A stretch of 28,791 nucleotides of DNA from a virus, in the UHGV virus genome UHGV-1403449. One strand, given 5' to 3'. The number at the start of each line of letters is the position of its first letter. Positions within the stretch are counted from its first letter, which is position 1. This document shows positions 26,542 to 28,791 of this stretch, piece by piece. A program made the translations under genes and the position numbers. Below the pieces are notes generated by a model that saw only the letters and a program-made list of their open reading frames with translations, ran no database searches and had not been told where the DNA came from.

Positions 26542-26996
26542 CAAGATGAGGGTAGTGCGTTGAGCTTTCGCTCTTATGGTCCTGGTAGGTATTTGAGATA
26601 GTGGTGTCTGGTGGCTAATTCCAGATTACGCCTAACATCACGTCCTCTGACTTTACAATTCACCACAACGGAAAGAGCACTCACGTCTCGCGTGTCGGCA
26701 CGAATACCCACCCAGAGAGTCGAACTCTGAAAATGCCCTTACCTGTTGTGCAGATATAAAAAAGCCCGGAGCCATTATGCAGATACTAACTATTGTCTGC
26801 GAACGGGGCCGGGCTATTGAATGACAACGCCATCATCCAGATGGCGGCCTGATTACTCAGGTCTTGGAGAACCTCTCAGCTCTCTACGGTTGGAGTACCA
26901 GACGATGCGCCGAAGATACCAACTAGGCGGTTCAGTGGTGAGAGCCGCCTCTTTTGCCTCACCGCCAACGAAGTCAGTAACCCATCGTTAGAATCG

Positions 26997-27025
26997 AGAT
27001 TAAACAAAAATCGCCACTTTGTAAA
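26997..27025 (-). promoter_or_regulatory. Candidate late promoter (PR-prime-like) just downstream of the Q gene
   Basis: Minus-strand TTTACA, 17-bp spacer, TAATCT, about 45-70 bp downstream of the Q stop codon; weak -10 match. Confidence 0.3.
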
Positions 27026-27067
27026 GTGTAGTTTTCTAGATAAATCCTATTTCATAGAAAACATTCA

Positions 27068-27832
27068 CTATCGCGTGACTTTGTTCAACATCTGGTTTGC
27101 GTACTCTTCCTGCTTGATGCACTCACCTACCAGACTTTCGAAAAAATCCTTGTAAGACCTGCGCCACGTGGTTTCAGGTATATCCATCACCGTTACGCAG
27201 ATGTATTTACGGACGCTATCAGGTAGCAATCTGGCATAACCACGCCCATTGCAGCGCGTACAGGTTTTATATGCAGGAACGCCGCGCTGTAGAATAGTTT
27301 TCTCTTTGTCTAATACTGTTCCTTTGCCATTGCACTGGCATGCGTTGGTCAGAGCACCCTTCCCTTTGCATTTGTGGCAAAGCACCTTAACCATCTCTCT
27401 TTTTTCGCTAAGGTGTGGCTGTCCGATATGCTTCATCGTCATTACTTCAGCTTCGACAAACTTATTTCCATGGCAGCAGTCGCACGTTCTGGTGCTGGCC
27501 GCACTCCGGGAGTAATCAGCAAAGGCGAAAGTTGCGAGAACTTGCATTACCTTTGGCTTAACATCACTCTCAAGCTTGCGTAAGGCAGCAACCTTATCGC
27601 AGTGCTCAATTGCATATTTTGTCAGCAAATCAATCGCTCGCTCGCGATCGTAATCACTGATATCCATCTTTCCTAGGAATGCACTGAACCCGAGAGCAGC
27701 ACGGCTCTGTGTCATTCCGATCGCCGCCATAATGTCAGTGCCGGTTAATGAGTCAGATGCTGTCGCGCGTGGAGCGTCGCTAATCATCGTTGACTTCGCG
27801 AAGTGGTATTTCACTGTGTTTTCAAGGTTCAT
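27068..27832 (-). CDS. Late-gene antitermination protein Q (lambdoid Q family with Cys-rich zinc-binding region)
   Basis: Cys-rich motifs CDCCHGNKF, CHKCKGKG, CQCNGKG, CTRCNGRG; located between NinG and the late leader/lysis region. ORF is open to 27928; the start at MNLENTVKY (27832) is tentative. Confidence 0.65.
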   Translation of the reverse strand: MNLENTVKYHFAKSTMISDAPRATASDSLTGTDIMAAIGMTQSRAALGFSAFLGKMDISDYDRERAIDLLTKYAIEHCDKVAALRKLESDVKPKVMQVLATFAFADYSRSAASTRTCDCCHGNKFVEAEVMTMKHIGQPHLSEKREMVKVLCHKCKGKGALTNACQCNGKGTVLDKEKTILQRGVPAYKTCTRCNGRGYARLLPDSVRKYICVTVMDIPETTWRRSYKDFFESLVGECIKQEEYANQMLNKVTR

Positions 27833-27965
27833 AGCGCTTCTCCAGCATAAGTTTTCACGTAATTCTTCAGTATCCGGTAGTCCGTTAGCACAGAGCCGGG
27901 AAAGTGGTATAAGCGCAATCGTTGCCAACGAACGCGGAGGTGATCGGCAAAATAGGATTCAAATG

Positions 27966-28574
27966 TCATGCGGCCTCCCTGCTCTTAATTAATCCACGAC
28001 GAAGTGCGCTGTAGCGCTTCCTGATAGCTTCGAGTTCTTCTATTGTGTATCGGTGCGGAACGTTATTGTTTTCGAGCGCCTCGACGCGCTCAGCCCCTAT
28101 TTTCTCTATAAGGCCAAGGCGGTACTGCTGCTGATTGCCCGACAACTGAACGTTACAGTGGTGGCACTGTTTACTGATATTGTCCTCGTGATAGCGAAGA
28201 TGTGATGCCTTACCGCGTGAGCGGTAGTGACCTGCTTCCCACTGGACGGTTTCGAACGTCCCGCAACTGATGCATGGCAAATAATGGTCACGCTCGCGAA
28301 TATAGTCATTGACTACACGCTGCGTTAAATCTTCCCAGTGCTTCAGCGGCTTAAACGCAGCTTTACGCTGGCGCCAAGCGGCTCGCTCTTTTTTCTCAGT
28401 GGCGCGCTTTTTGGCAGACTCCTTGCGTTGTGCCGCCTCCCTGACCTTTCTGGTCTGCTCTTTTCCAACCGCGCTGGCGCACTCATAACCGCAGACAGTC
28501 TGCGTATCGCGAACAGGGTGGAACCACTGGCGGCATTCTTTGTTGGCGCACTTACGGCGCGGTAGCTTAGCCAT
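27966..28574 (-). CDS. ninG: NinG (Rap) recombination-promoting nuclease-like protein
   Basis: Translation from MAKLPRRKCANKECRQWFHP... through ...DLPCISCG...QWEAGHYRSRG... matches lambda NinG along the full length as recalled; ORF is open to 28586. Confidence 0.85.
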   Translation of the reverse strand: MAKLPRRKCANKECRQWFHPVRDTQTVCGYECASAVGKEQTRKVREAAQRKESAKKRATEKKERAAWRQRKAAFKPLKHWEDLTQRVVNDYIRERDHYLPCISCGTFETVQWEAGHYRSRGKASHLRYHEDNISKQCHHCNVQLSGNQQQYRLGLIEKIGAERVEALENNNVPHRYTIEELEAIRKRYSALRRGLIKSREAA

Positions 28575-28576
28575 GC

Positions 28577-28791
28577 TCAACCCCACGCCCTGTTTTGCCA
28601 GACCTTACTCGGGCGCGGCGCTTTCTCGCTTTCCGGCAGCTGAACGCTGACGGTCCAGGTGATGTTGTCGCGGTTCAGGCTGCGTTCTACTGTGGCGCCA
28701 CGACGGCGATAACTCGCCACCAGCTCGTTTGCCTGTTCGGTTGTGCATTCGTGATGGTGGAACCAGGAATATTTCATCGCCATCACCCCGC
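28577..28791 (-). CDS. Hypothetical Nin-region protein, possibly truncated at the right edge of the window
   Basis: ORF MMAMKYSWFHHHECTTEQANELVASYRRRGATVERS...; the first codon in the track is GTG and the frame remains open to the window end; stop abuts the ninG start. Confidence 0.4.
   Translation of the reverse strand, partial: GVMAMKYSWFHHHECTTEQANELVASYRRRGATVERSLNRDNITWTVSVQLPESEKAPRPSKVWQNRAWG

Noticed and set aside
26700-26740. tRNA-like T-arm (CAGAG-TTCGACT-CTCTG on the minus strand) in the late leader, where lambdoid phages often carry tRNAs
   Set aside because: No complementary acceptor 5' strand, D-arm or anticodon arm could be found at the right spacing and there is no CCA; judged an isolated hairpin. 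A tRNA scanner should still be run.
1-28791. CRISPR arrays, rRNA/tRNA genes, insertion sequences, integrase or attachment sites
   Set aside because: No short direct-repeat/spacer periodicity, no rRNA-like or convincing tRNA-like sequence, no transposase or integrase ORF found; the prophage ends are probably outside the window.

Overview
The window is almost entirely prophage DNA with an Enterobacteriaceae-like GC content, transcribed mainly on the minus strand (right to left). From the right edge: a lambdoid nin/late-control region (partial Nin-region ORF, NinG, a Q-type antiterminator), about 1 kb of non-coding late leader with several hairpin/T-run elements, then a Hanks-type Ser/Thr kinase and PP2C phosphatase pair sitting in the classic Q-to-lysis moron slot. 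Next comes a phage-21-type lysis cassette (dual-start pinholin, SAR endolysin, Rz with embedded Rz1), then terminase small and large subunits, portal, Mu-F-like protein, scaffold, capsid, a Mu-like contractile tail (sheath, tube, chaperone, tape measure, baseplate) and an e14/Mu-style invertible tail-fibre segment with its Pin/Gin/Hin-family invertase. Two plus-strand morons interrupt the minus-strand operons: a putative YfbU-like gene between the spanins and terS, and a DUF4236-like membrane-anchored gene inside the baseplate cluster. The left edge holds the N-terminus of a P2 FI-like tail sheath gene, so a second contractile-tail element abuts the invertase. The kinase/phosphatase pair is the best candidate for an undescribed accessory system. 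All calls rest on reading the supplied translations, motifs and gene order; no database search was run.
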